A stretch of DNA of 64,000 nt from Poseidonia sp. (GTDB lineage: Archaea; Thermoplasmatota; Poseidoniia; Poseidoniales; Poseidoniaceae), in contig JAURDW010000002.1 in the NCBI GenBank assembly GCA_030827745.1, positions 1,383 to 65,382 of the forward strand, read 5' to 3'. The translations under genes and the position numbers were made by a program. The notes below the pieces were generated by a model, which saw only the letters and a list, made by a program, of their open reading frames with translations, did not search any database and had not been told where the DNA came from. Of the stretch, positions 27,045-35,251 are shown piece by piece (the first letter of the stretch is position 1; every line of letters starts with the position of its first letter).

Positions 27045-28004
27045 ATGCCTGCAAAGGTTCACCTTTTGGTGAACCCGTACGCAGGGAAACGCAAAGGTGC
27101 TGCCATTGCAGAGCAGGTGAAGACCCGTTTGGAACAAGCAGGGGTGGAGGTGTCGGTCACGCAATCGGCTTACAGTGGGCATTTGGTGACCTTAGCCTCT
27201 GCCTTGGTTGTGGGCGAGAACGAACCGATCGTTGCGGTTGGAGGGGACGGTACATTGTGCGAGGTCATTTCGGGGCGCATGTTGTTGAACCTTGACCAGC
27301 GTCAAACCTTCGCCATTGTTCCGGCTGGCACAGGGAATTCTCAAGCCAACGATCTGGGTCTTGCTTCGGTTGAAGATGCCGTGGATGCCCTCCTGGCAGG
27401 GCAAATCCAGGCGCTTGATCTTGCGAAGGTCGAACTGACCGAAGGGCTGCCGGGGAGCGAGGGTGAACGCATCGTGCGTTACAGTCACAATCTGGTGACT
27501 TGGGGTTTGGGCGTTGATTCCAACATTCAAGCCGAACGCATGCGCTGGCTTGGCCCCGCTCGCTACGATGTGGGGATCTTGCTGGCCATCCTCGCCAATC
27601 GAAAACGAAGGGCAACCCTGTCCATCAACCAGCAGACGGTAACCGATGCTTTTACCCTCTTTCTCGTTCAAAACAGTCAGACTGGGGGCTCGTTGCTCCC
27701 CTTGGCGCCAGGGGCTTCCCTCGACGATGGCGCCATGGATATTGGGGTGCTCAAGCGCATGAAACGGAGCCAGATTTTGAAGGCGTTTGGGATGCTAAAA
27801 AGCGAAGGCCGGCATGTCTTCCATCCCAAAGTGGATTACCACCGCTTCACATCGCTGGCCATTTCCACCGACGAGCCCACCGCCATCAACGTGGACGGGG
27901 AGAATTTGGGCTCAACCCCCCTCACGATGGAGGTTCTCAAACACGCCGTGGATATCGTCGTACCCCTTCAAAACGAAAAGTCGGAGAACTCCTCTTCTTC
28001 GTGA
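27045..28004 (+). CDS. Diacylglycerol-kinase-fold lipid kinase (YegS/BmrU family)
   Basis: LLVNPYAGKRKG, VAVGGDGTLCEV, and IVPAGTGNSQANDLG. ATG at 27045. Confidence 0.8.
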   Translation: MPAKVHLLVNPYAGKRKGAAIAEQVKTRLEQAGVEVSVTQSAYSGHLVTLASALVVGENEPIVAVGGDGTLCEVISGRMLLNLDQRQTFAIVPAGTGNSQANDLGLASVEDAVDALLAGQIQALDLAKVELTEGLPGSEGERIVRYSHNLVTWGLGVDSNIQAERMRWLGPARYDVGILLAILANRKRRATLSINQQTVTDAFTLFLVQNSQTGGSLLPLAPGASLDDGAMDIGVLKRMKRSQILKAFGMLKSEGRHVFHPKVDYHRFTSLAISTDEPTAINVDGENLGSTPLTMEVLKHAVDIVVPLQNEKSENSSSS

Positions 28005-29434
28005 TGCACAACAGGTGCAGGGCGTTCTTCAACGACCTCCTCCTTTTTCACCGCTTTCCGCCGTCGAACGGGAGGCTTGCTTTTGGGTGCTTCGCTGCGC
28101 TGAGGAGGCCCTCCGCTGCTCCGCCCCGAGCTTGGTGGTGTTGAGCGTTGTTGCCCACCAACCGAAGCCGGTGGAGACGAACGGGGAGATTCATGGCTGG
28201 GTACGGAGAGTTGTTCCATGTCTTGTGCGGCTTCCGTGACCACAACCGAACTCTTTCGTCCTGTTGGTGCAGAACTTCCCGGTCCAGAGGCGGTTGAGGT
28301 GGACGCGAGCACACTGTCAAGGTCAAACCCACCGAGCGGGCTGTCGTCCTTCACCGGAGCGGAAGGGGTGGCTTGGCGCTCTTTTTTCGCTTCCTTCTCG
28401 GCCTTTGCACTTTCCTTGTCCATCCGTTGCTGCCGCTCAGTGGGCGATTCCATGCCGGCCTTTTTCGCCGCCTTTGCATCGGATTTGACGCTCGCCGCCT
28501 TTTTCATTCCCTCGGCTCCGATGAGGGTTTGCATGGATTGACTTGCCGAGCGCATCACCATGGTCCGAGAGACCACAAAAAGGCCGGCTGCTCCGCCGAG
28601 GCCCCCAACGAGGAAGAACAGAAGAAAACCGGTGCGTCCCAAAAGAGGGACGTTGCCTTGAACCCATTCATCGTCGCTCTCGCCATTGACGCTGACGGTG
28701 GCACCGTCGAGGACGATGCCGCTTACCAGCACGTACAGATCTTCCCGATTGTTGCCCGAATTTACGGTGAGTGAGCACTCGTTGTTGGTGGCATGCCAAG
28801 ATTTGAGGTAACCCGTTGGGTTGCTTTCGTTTCCGGACTTCGAGACCAAGTACCCTTGGATGGACACCGGTTGGTGCCATTCATTGAGGGCTTTCATGCC
28901 GCTCAGGACGCTTTCGGAGTTTGGAATCAAGCCCAGAATGAACCACTTTGTATCGGCATCGCTGTCGAGTTCATCGAGGTCAATGCTTCCAGCACCCGTG
29001 TCAGGATTCAAGGGTGAACTCCAATCTTTGACATCGATACGGGCGCCGTCGCCGTCAACCACGCCAGCGGCGTCGCTGAAGGGCATGGACTGGACGGCCA
29101 CGGCAGTTGTTACGCCAAAATCAAGTCCTCGAGCGCCCATCATCGTGTCGTGGGCGGTGTAAAATTGGCTTGCAGCAAGATAGCCCGTGAAGGTCACCGG
29201 CTCTCCAAGGCCCGGGTCAAGAGCGGGACCGTCGTCTCCGGGAGTGCACCCGACGGGTTTCACCGATTCGGTGGTGATTGAACCCGAAAGGGCGCTTTTT
29301 ACATTCGTTTCTTCCATCGAGAATTGCACTTCAACGGCTTCGCTGCCACTGCCCCAATCAGCCGTGGCAGGGCCGAGGCAACCTGCGAGGACCATGCTGG
29401 CAAACAAGCAGAGGGCGAGCAAACCTCGTCGCAT
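27968..29434 (-). CDS. Putative lipoprotein / bitopic membrane protein with a Lys/Glu/Ser/Pro-rich cytoplasmic tail
   Basis: MRRGLLALCLFASMVLAGC lipobox-like signal, an exported domain, TM FLLFFLVGGLGGAAGLFVV, then a low-complexity tail. Confidence 0.65.
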   Translation of the reverse strand: MRRGLLALCLFASMVLAGCLGPATADWGSGSEAVEVQFSMEETNVKSALSGSITTESVKPVGCTPGDDGPALDPGLGEPVTFTGYLAASQFYTAHDTMMGARGLDFGVTTAVAVQSMPFSDAAGVVDGDGARIDVKDWSSPLNPDTGAGSIDLDELDSDADTKWFILGLIPNSESVLSGMKALNEWHQPVSIQGYLVSKSGNESNPTGYLKSWHATNNECSLTVNSGNNREDLYVLVSGIVLDGATVSVNGESDDEWVQGNVPLLGRTGFLLFFLVGGLGGAAGLFVVSRTMVMRSASQSMQTLIGAEGMKKAASVKSDAKAAKKAGMESPTERQQRMDKESAKAEKEAKKERQATPSAPVKDDSPLGGFDLDSVLASTSTASGPGSSAPTGRKSSVVVTEAAQDMEQLSVPSHESPRSSPPASVGGQQRSTPPSSGRSSGGPPQRSEAPKSKPPVRRRKAVKKEEVVEERPAPVVHHEEEEFSDFSF

Positions 29435-29491
29435 GTGCTGATGAGAGCGGGTTGAGTTTGAGAAGTCTTCCCTGCTTGTTCAAGGGCAAAA

Positions 29492-29577
29492 GTGGCGCAG
29501 TCGGAGAGATTTGAACTCCCGAGTCACGGGGACACCGGATTTCAAATCCGGCGCAATACCAGGCTATGCGACGACTG
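29492..29577 (-). tRNA. tRNA-Ser (anticodon UGA), type II with a long variable arm, CCA encoded
   Basis: Manual fold. Acceptor GCAGTCG/CGACTGC. Anticodon stem CCGGA/TCCGG with loop TTTGAAA. T-arm GGGAG-TTCAAAT-CTCTC. 14-nt variable region, 3-bp D stem, 3' GCCA. Confidence 0.85.
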
Positions 29578-29585
29578 CTTCCGTC

Positions 29586-31145
29586 TCACGCAGGTGGTCC
29601 GGTTTTTTCCCCTTTCGCTTCGCCTTTTATGGTCAAAGGCTGACGAGAACTCACCACGATGGCAAGAAAACATGCGAGAACCACGCCTGAGGGTAGAAAA
29701 CCCGGTGTCATTTCGGGTTCGTACCCGCCCAACGACTCTTTCTCAAGGAGTTCATGGATATCAGCTGCCAAATCCTCGGGGCGCCAGTCGTCACCGGCCC
29801 ATGCAACCACGGGTTCTCTGGCGGGGTTCAGGATGTAAACGATGGTGGAATGGCCTACCGTGTACTCTTCGTTGGTCTCTGAAACGCACGATAGCCGGTC
29901 ATCTTCGGCCCACGTGTATCCGCTGTCGCACATGCAGTGCATGGCGTCTCCCGACCCCATGTGCCACCCGTGACCGTTGCAGATCTCTTCACCGGTCTCG
30001 CTCTGAACAGGTGAGGGGAGGGTGCTGACGTTGACCGATGAAGGAGCCCATGCCAGGTGGTGGGGGTTGGTGATGTCATCCATACCCACAGGGGAGAGGT
30101 CCCAAACGGCTTGCGATTCGTTCCAGACGTACAGGCTCCACCACCAAGCAGAATCCTCCGGTGCGGACACATCATCGATGGAAGTGAGGTAGTGGCCGTA
30201 GCTGCTGTCTTCGATGGTGACGTTGATGTCGTTCGTTCCAAGGGCTGCCTCCGTGAGATGATAGGCTGTCCATTCTTCAACGTCAACCACCTCAGGGGAT
30301 GTTTGATTTGGCCACAGAACGGTCATGCTCATCGCTCTGTTTTCATTGGGTGCGGGAAGCGATGAACGGTTTGCAATCGATGGCAACCACGCCAAGTGAG
30401 GTTGCTCAAAGACATCGATACCGTCCATGCCGACCTCACTGGCCTGCCAAGCATTTGCTGATTCATTCCAAAGGTTCAGTTCCCAGTACCACGACCCGTC
30501 ATCGGGTGAATCCGTGCCGTTGATGCCGACCAGCATACGTCCGAATTCGCTGCTCGAGATGTTCAAAGTCCAATTTGCCTGTTCGGCCATGAGCGTTGTT
30601 GCCGTACCGCCGTTGAGTGTAAACATGTTCTGTTGGCTTGAATTGTTCAAGTCCACGACCGTGAGCGAGGCTTCTCCGGGTTGGTACGCCATGATGTGGG
30701 CTTCGATGACCGCTTTTTGCACCACGAGGCCAAACGTTGCCCAGACGGGTTCCAGCTCTTCCACCGTTCCCGTTAGATGGGGCCATGCAACACCGTGCAG
30801 TTCCGCATAGGCGGCCAGGCGTTCGGGTGTGTCGTGTTCTGGGTCAACGGTGATGGAAACAAACGTGACGTCCTCCCGCTCCCGTTCAGACAACATTTGG
30901 TCCACGCTCTTGAGCGATTGGGTGAGAACAGGGCATACATCGGGGCAGCGGGTGAAAATGAACGAAGCAACAACGACCCCTTCGCTGTCGAAATCAAAGG
31001 AGTAAGGCTCGTTGGCCTGGTCGGTTAACTGGAAGCCATCAACGGGTCCGCGAGAAAGTTGGCTCCCTTTGTAGGCCCCAACCGGACCGAGCAAAAGAAG
31101 CGTGAACAGCAAGACGGCTCCGGTTCGACAAAAGGCCATGTTCAT
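29586..31145 (-). CDS. Sco/SenC-family copper chaperone with a large internal insertion and a C-terminal TM anchor
   Basis: FIFTRCPDVCP (CxxxC) plus VSITVDPEHDTPERL near the N-terminus. The conserved YTVGHSTIVYILNP block appears only at aa ~428-441. Tandem repeats and a Cys-rich module lie in between. Confidence 0.8.
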   Translation of the reverse strand: MNMAFCRTGAVLLFTLLLLGPVGAYKGSQLSRGPVDGFQLTDQANEPYSFDFDSEGVVVASFIFTRCPDVCPVLTQSLKSVDQMLSEREREDVTFVSITVDPEHDTPERLAAYAELHGVAWPHLTGTVEELEPVWATFGLVVQKAVIEAHIMAYQPGEASLTVVDLNNSSQQNMFTLNGGTATTLMAEQANWTLNISSSEFGRMLVGINGTDSPDDGSWYWELNLWNESANAWQASEVGMDGIDVFEQPHLAWLPSIANRSSLPAPNENRAMSMTVLWPNQTSPEVVDVEEWTAYHLTEAALGTNDINVTIEDSSYGHYLTSIDDVSAPEDSAWWWSLYVWNESQAVWDLSPVGMDDITNPHHLAWAPSSVNVSTLPSPVQSETGEEICNGHGWHMGSGDAMHCMCDSGYTWAEDDRLSCVSETNEEYTVGHSTIVYILNPAREPVVAWAGDDWRPEDLAADIHELLEKESLGGYEPEMTPGFLPSGVVLACFLAIVVSSRQPLTIKGEAKGEKTGPPA

Positions 31146-31151
31146 TCACCT

Positions 31152-31547
31152 TCAACGCTGCGAGGCGTAATCCCAGTTGGGTGTGCACCACGAGGGAAGT
31201 TCGGTGACGGCGCCGGGATTGGACAAGCCAATGCCCCAAAGCATGAGCAAGACGAACAACACGGGGAAAAGCGCCGTGCGCGTGTACACTCTCGGGTCGC
31301 CTTTCAAGTGCATGAAGTAGGCTGCGATGCCGTATCCTTTGACAATACCAACGCCGATAAGGATGGCCCATACCACGGAGAGCGTGATTTCAATGTCGGT
31401 CCCAGGAACGGTTTCGAAGAAGACCGCTCCAACTTCAAAGACGGTGAAAATCATCAAGATGACGAAGTTCCAAAAGTAGATGTCAAAGTTGCCCGGCAAC
31501 TTCTCAACCATCGATTCAAAGATTCCAGATGTTTCGTGTTCTCCCAT
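31152..31547 (-). CDS. Small oxidase subunit IV-like membrane protein (COX4_pro-like)
   Basis: Three to four hydrophobic helices and the KGYGIAAYFMHLK motif typical of prokaryotic subunit IV. Operon position is after coxC. Confidence 0.6.
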   Translation of the reverse strand: MGEHETSGIFESMVEKLPGNFDIYFWNFVILMIFTVFEVGAVFFETVPGTDIEITLSVVWAILIGVGIVKGYGIAAYFMHLKGDPRVYTRTALFPVLFVLLMLWGIGLSNPGAVTELPSWCTPNWDYASQR

Positions 31548-31556
31548 AATTTCACC

Positions 31557-32927
31557 TCAATACAGATAGAAGGCCGGGAAGATGACCACCCAAGCCAGGT
31601 CAACAAAGTGCCAGTACAGGCCGAAGTACTCGATGCCTTGTCCGTTCTTCTCGTCGTAGCCCACCGTGTCGGCTTTGAAAATCAGGTAGAGCATGACGAG
31701 CAAACCGATGAAGACGTGAAGCCCGTGGGCGCCGGTGGCGACATAGAAGATGGAGGCGGCTTGGCCCGTGGTTCCAGCTGCGCCGATGGTGAAGCCTTCT
31801 GCGACGAGGTGACTCCACTCAACGAGTTTCAAGACGATGAACATCGAACCGAGAAGGAAGGTTGCGATCAGGTAATTGCGAACAGCCGCCTTCTTCGTGG
31901 GCATGAGTTTACCCATCAGACCCGTCGGTGCCACCCAATCCTTGCTCTTCGCCGTCTTTAACGCCAAAACGATGGTGTACGAGGAGATGATGAGGGCGAA
32001 GGTGTTGATGGCTCCCGGGAGCAACGTCATGAAGTCGCCTTGGCCTCCCAGGCCGTCCAACATGCCGCCGTTCGGTCGCAGGAAATCCGAGGCGGTGAGG
32101 GTGTCCACGGCGGCGCAGTTCTCGTTGCCAGCGTTAACTTGCCATTGCGTACACCATTCAGTTCGCATTCGAAGGTAGGAGGAGAAGAACGTTGCGAACA
32201 CCATCACTTCGGACATGATGAAGACCCATAACCCGGCTTTGCGGATATGCTCGCCGGCAAACCAAGCGTCGGTCTCGGTGGCAATTTGTTCGTGGTTGCC
32301 GATGAACGGCAGGTCCTCTCGCCACCAATTTGCGACACCCGCCGTCACAAACAACAGGCCCAACATGCTCACGCCCAAGTCTCCGAGGTTGGCGTCCACG
32401 CCCGAAAGCATGTTGCCGAGCGTGGCTTGGAACGAAGGGAAACCCATCAAAAAGAGCATGATGCCCAAGGAGAAAACAATGGGGGAACCCGAGCCGTGAT
32501 GCTCGTGATCGTCCCCACCGTAGCCGTGGTCAGCATGGCCGTGGTCGTCGGGGAACACCGAGTTGAGGAAACCTCCCAAGCCAATGAAAGAGGCGTAGGT
32601 GAAACACATCAACAAGATGGTGATGCCTGCAGTTCTCCAGGTTAAGTACGAAAGGTGGGCATCGATTTCGTGGTGATGAGCCTCGTCCTTGGCTGTCTTC
32701 AGCGAGGCAATTTCAGCATCGGTGGCGTTGTTGGCCTTGGCATTCTCGTAGTCGTATTTCGCCTCTTCATACTCGTGCATGGCGTCCTCGTAAGCGACGT
32801 GCTTGACGTTGGCAACGCCCACGCCCATGGTGGCAAAGGCGAGCAGACCGATGGCAACAAAGACGCCACCGAACAGAACGGCGCGCATCCAAATGCTGTT
32901 TTCCACATGGGCTTCTCCACCACTCAT
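31557..32927 (-). CDS. coxC: Heme-copper oxidase subunit III with an N-terminal extension
   Basis: C-terminal FGLYWHFVDLAWVVIFPAFYLY is a subunit III signature. 456 aa, including an extra N-terminal region with a His/Asp-rich loop. Confidence 0.85.
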   Translation of the reverse strand: MSGGEAHVENSIWMRAVLFGGVFVAIGLLAFATMGVGVANVKHVAYEDAMHEYEEAKYDYENAKANNATDAEIASLKTAKDEAHHHEIDAHLSYLTWRTAGITILLMCFTYASFIGLGGFLNSVFPDDHGHADHGYGGDDHEHHGSGSPIVFSLGIMLFLMGFPSFQATLGNMLSGVDANLGDLGVSMLGLLFVTAGVANWWREDLPFIGNHEQIATETDAWFAGEHIRKAGLWVFIMSEVMVFATFFSSYLRMRTEWCTQWQVNAGNENCAAVDTLTASDFLRPNGGMLDGLGGQGDFMTLLPGAINTFALIISSYTIVLALKTAKSKDWVAPTGLMGKLMPTKKAAVRNYLIATFLLGSMFIVLKLVEWSHLVAEGFTIGAAGTTGQAASIFYVATGAHGLHVFIGLLVMLYLIFKADTVGYDEKNGQGIEYFGLYWHFVDLAWVVIFPAFYLY

Positions 32928-35251
32928 TCTTCCGCCCCCTTGGGTTCTGCCTTCCAGAGTTTTTCACCAAGGCTTGGTGCATCCTCCTCATGATGGTGAC
33001 CGTAGATTTCGTTCATGTCGTGCTGCGTGGGGATGTCGTGGAACGACGGGGTTGGTGGTGGTGATGTGGTCGACCACTCCAGCGACCATCCTCCCCAAGG
33101 GTCTTTGCCCACGGGCTCACCACGGCGAGCGGAGTAGAGGATGTTCCACACCAACAAGAGCTGGCTGATGCCGAAGATGAAGGCGAAGGTCGAAACCGCC
33201 ATGTTGTATTCCGCAAATCCAGACTCCACGGTGTAGGTGTGCGTCCGCCGCGGCATGCCCATGATGCCCAAGGCGTGCATGGGCCAAAAGGCTGCGTTGT
33301 ACGAAGCAAAGCCGATCAAGAAGTGCCAGAGGCCGAGGGTTTCGTTCAATTTGCGACCTGTCGCCTTCGGGAACCAATAGTAGACGGCGGAGAACAAGGC
33401 AAAGACCGTTCCTCCGATGAACACGTAGTGGAAGTGTGCCACCACGAAGTAGGAATCGTGGAAGTGGATGTCAAGGCCAGCCACGGGGAAGAACATTCCC
33501 GAGATTCCACCGAGAGTAAAGGTGACCAAGAAACCCAGCGACCAAAGCGTGTGCGTCTTCATGACCAGCGAGCCGCCCCACAGAGTGGCAAGCCAGTTGA
33601 AGATTTTTGCTCCGGTCGGAATCGCCACCAACATGGTGGTGATCATGAACGCTGCTCTCCAGAAGGGGTCCATGCCCGAAGTCAACATGTGGTGACCCCA
33701 AACGATGAAGCCCACGATACCGATGCCTGCCATGGCGAAGACCATCGATTTGTAGCCGAAAATGGATCGGCGAGCCGAGGTGGCCAACACTTCGGAAACG
33801 ATGCCGAAGGCGGGCACGATCACGACATACACTTCGGGATGGCCAAAGAACCAGAACAGATGTTGGAACAGAAGCGGGTCGCCACCAGCAACAAAGAATT
33901 GTGTGCCGATGGTGTGGTCGAAGAGCAGGAAGGCGACGCCGATGATAAGGGCGGGCAGGGACATGAAGAGCATGAACACGCTGATGAAGACCGACCACGA
34001 GAAGAGGGGCATTTTCATCCACGTGACCCCGGGGGCTCGCATCGTGAACACGGTGGTGATGAAGTTTACACCGCCGAGCGTAGAGGATGCGCCGAGCATC
34101 ATCATTCCGGAAATGAAGGCCGTCGTTCCGGGATTTGAGCCGTAATCGGCCATCGTCGAACCGAGGTTCGCCTCGTTGAGGGAGGAATAGGGCGGGTACA
34201 TCACCCAGGTGATGTCTGCGCCTTCACCCGACCAAATACCGGTGAAGATGAGGGGTGCGGAGAACACCAGCAACCACAAGCCCATGGCGTTAATTCGGGG
34301 GAAAGCGAGGTCTTTTGCTCCAATTTGCAGGGGCAAAATATAGTTCATGAAGCCGGCGATCATGGGCATGGCCGCCAAGAAAATCATGGTGGTCCCGTGC
34401 AGGGTGAAAAACGAGTTGTATTCGTCGTAGGTGAGGAAGTCGTTCTCTGGCAGGGCCAGTTGGACGCGGAAGAGCAGGGCAAGCAGACCGCCGACGAGGA
34501 AGAAGAAGAAGCCAAACAGGAAGTACATGATACCGACTTCCTTGTGGTCGGTGGTGGTCAACCAAGGCTTGAGGAAGCCCCAGAAGCGTTGCATGGTGAA
34601 TGTTTCGGGCGAGCGTCGGTAAAACACCCAAAGCACGCCGACGAAAATAAGGCCAGCCGCCAGACCAATCGACGTGAGGAAGATGATGAGGGCGCTGGCG
34701 CTTGCTGCCACGGCACCGGCGTTGACGCCGGGAATCTCCAACTCCACAGCGTTCCAATAATCGCCGCCTGAGCCAGCACCGCCGTTGACAGCGTTTCCAT
34801 AGACCGTCATCTCAACATTGAGGTCGTCGGCGGCAGGGGCCGTCCATTCAAAAGTCCACGACCGAACAGCGTTTCCTTCGTCCGTGTGGGTGTAACCGCC
34901 GTCCATGACATGGCCTTGGGATTCGGGTACCGCCTCCACTTCGCCGTGGGACACGAGGATACGGTATCCGCCAGCACGGCCGTTCCACGGGTCATCGCCT
35001 TCCAGCGAGCCGCCGTTGTAGAGCTCCATCACGTCGTTGACAACGGCGACGGTGAACGTGTACGTCTCGCTTGCGTTGTAAGTTTCGGGCAGGCCATCGA
35101 CCAACACCGAGGTGTCGGGTGAGGCGCCGCCGTGACACGTGCACCCCTGATCACCGGCCGAACCGATACCCGCTGGAGCAGCCGTGAATTGGGGGGCCGC
35201 CATCAACGCCACCAAGAGGACGCTCAAAAGCAGGGTTGCTCGTCCTCGCAT
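32924..35251 (-). CDS. coxA: Heme-copper oxidase subunit I (A-type) with an N-terminal exported domain fusion
   Basis: WFFGHPEVYVVIVPAFG, WGHHM, and HFHYVFIGG. 775 aa; the canonical core starts near aa 205. Confidence 0.95.
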   Translation of the reverse strand: MRGRATLLLSVLLVALMAAPQFTAAPAGIGSAGDQGCTCHGGASPDTSVLVDGLPETYNASETYTFTVAVVNDVMELYNGGSLEGDDPWNGRAGGYRILVSHGEVEAVPESQGHVMDGGYTHTDEGNAVRSWTFEWTAPAADDLNVEMTVYGNAVNGGAGSGGDYWNAVELEIPGVNAGAVAASASALIIFLTSIGLAAGLIFVGVLWVFYRRSPETFTMQRFWGFLKPWLTTTDHKEVGIMYFLFGFFFFLVGGLLALLFRVQLALPENDFLTYDEYNSFFTLHGTTMIFLAAMPMIAGFMNYILPLQIGAKDLAFPRINAMGLWLLVFSAPLIFTGIWSGEGADITWVMYPPYSSLNEANLGSTMADYGSNPGTTAFISGMMMLGASSTLGGVNFITTVFTMRAPGVTWMKMPLFSWSVFISVFMLFMSLPALIIGVAFLLFDHTIGTQFFVAGGDPLLFQHLFWFFGHPEVYVVIVPAFGIVSEVLATSARRSIFGYKSMVFAMAGIGIVGFIVWGHHMLTSGMDPFWRAAFMITTMLVAIPTGAKIFNWLATLWGGSLVMKTHTLWSLGFLVTFTLGGISGMFFPVAGLDIHFHDSYFVVAHFHYVFIGGTVFALFSAVYYWFPKATGRKLNETLGLWHFLIGFASYNAAFWPMHALGIMGMPRRTHTYTVESGFAEYNMAVSTFAFIFGISQLLLVWNILYSARRGEPVGKDPWGGWSLEWSTTSPPPTPSFHDIPTQHDMNEIYGHHHEEDAPSLGEKLWKAEPKGAEE

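Noticed and set aside
35170-35190. GCTCHGG in the CoxI N-terminal domain as a c-type heme attachment site
   Set aside because: The canonical motif is CxxCH and this one is CxCH. I keep it only as a possible metal or cofactor ligand cluster, not as a cytochrome c call.
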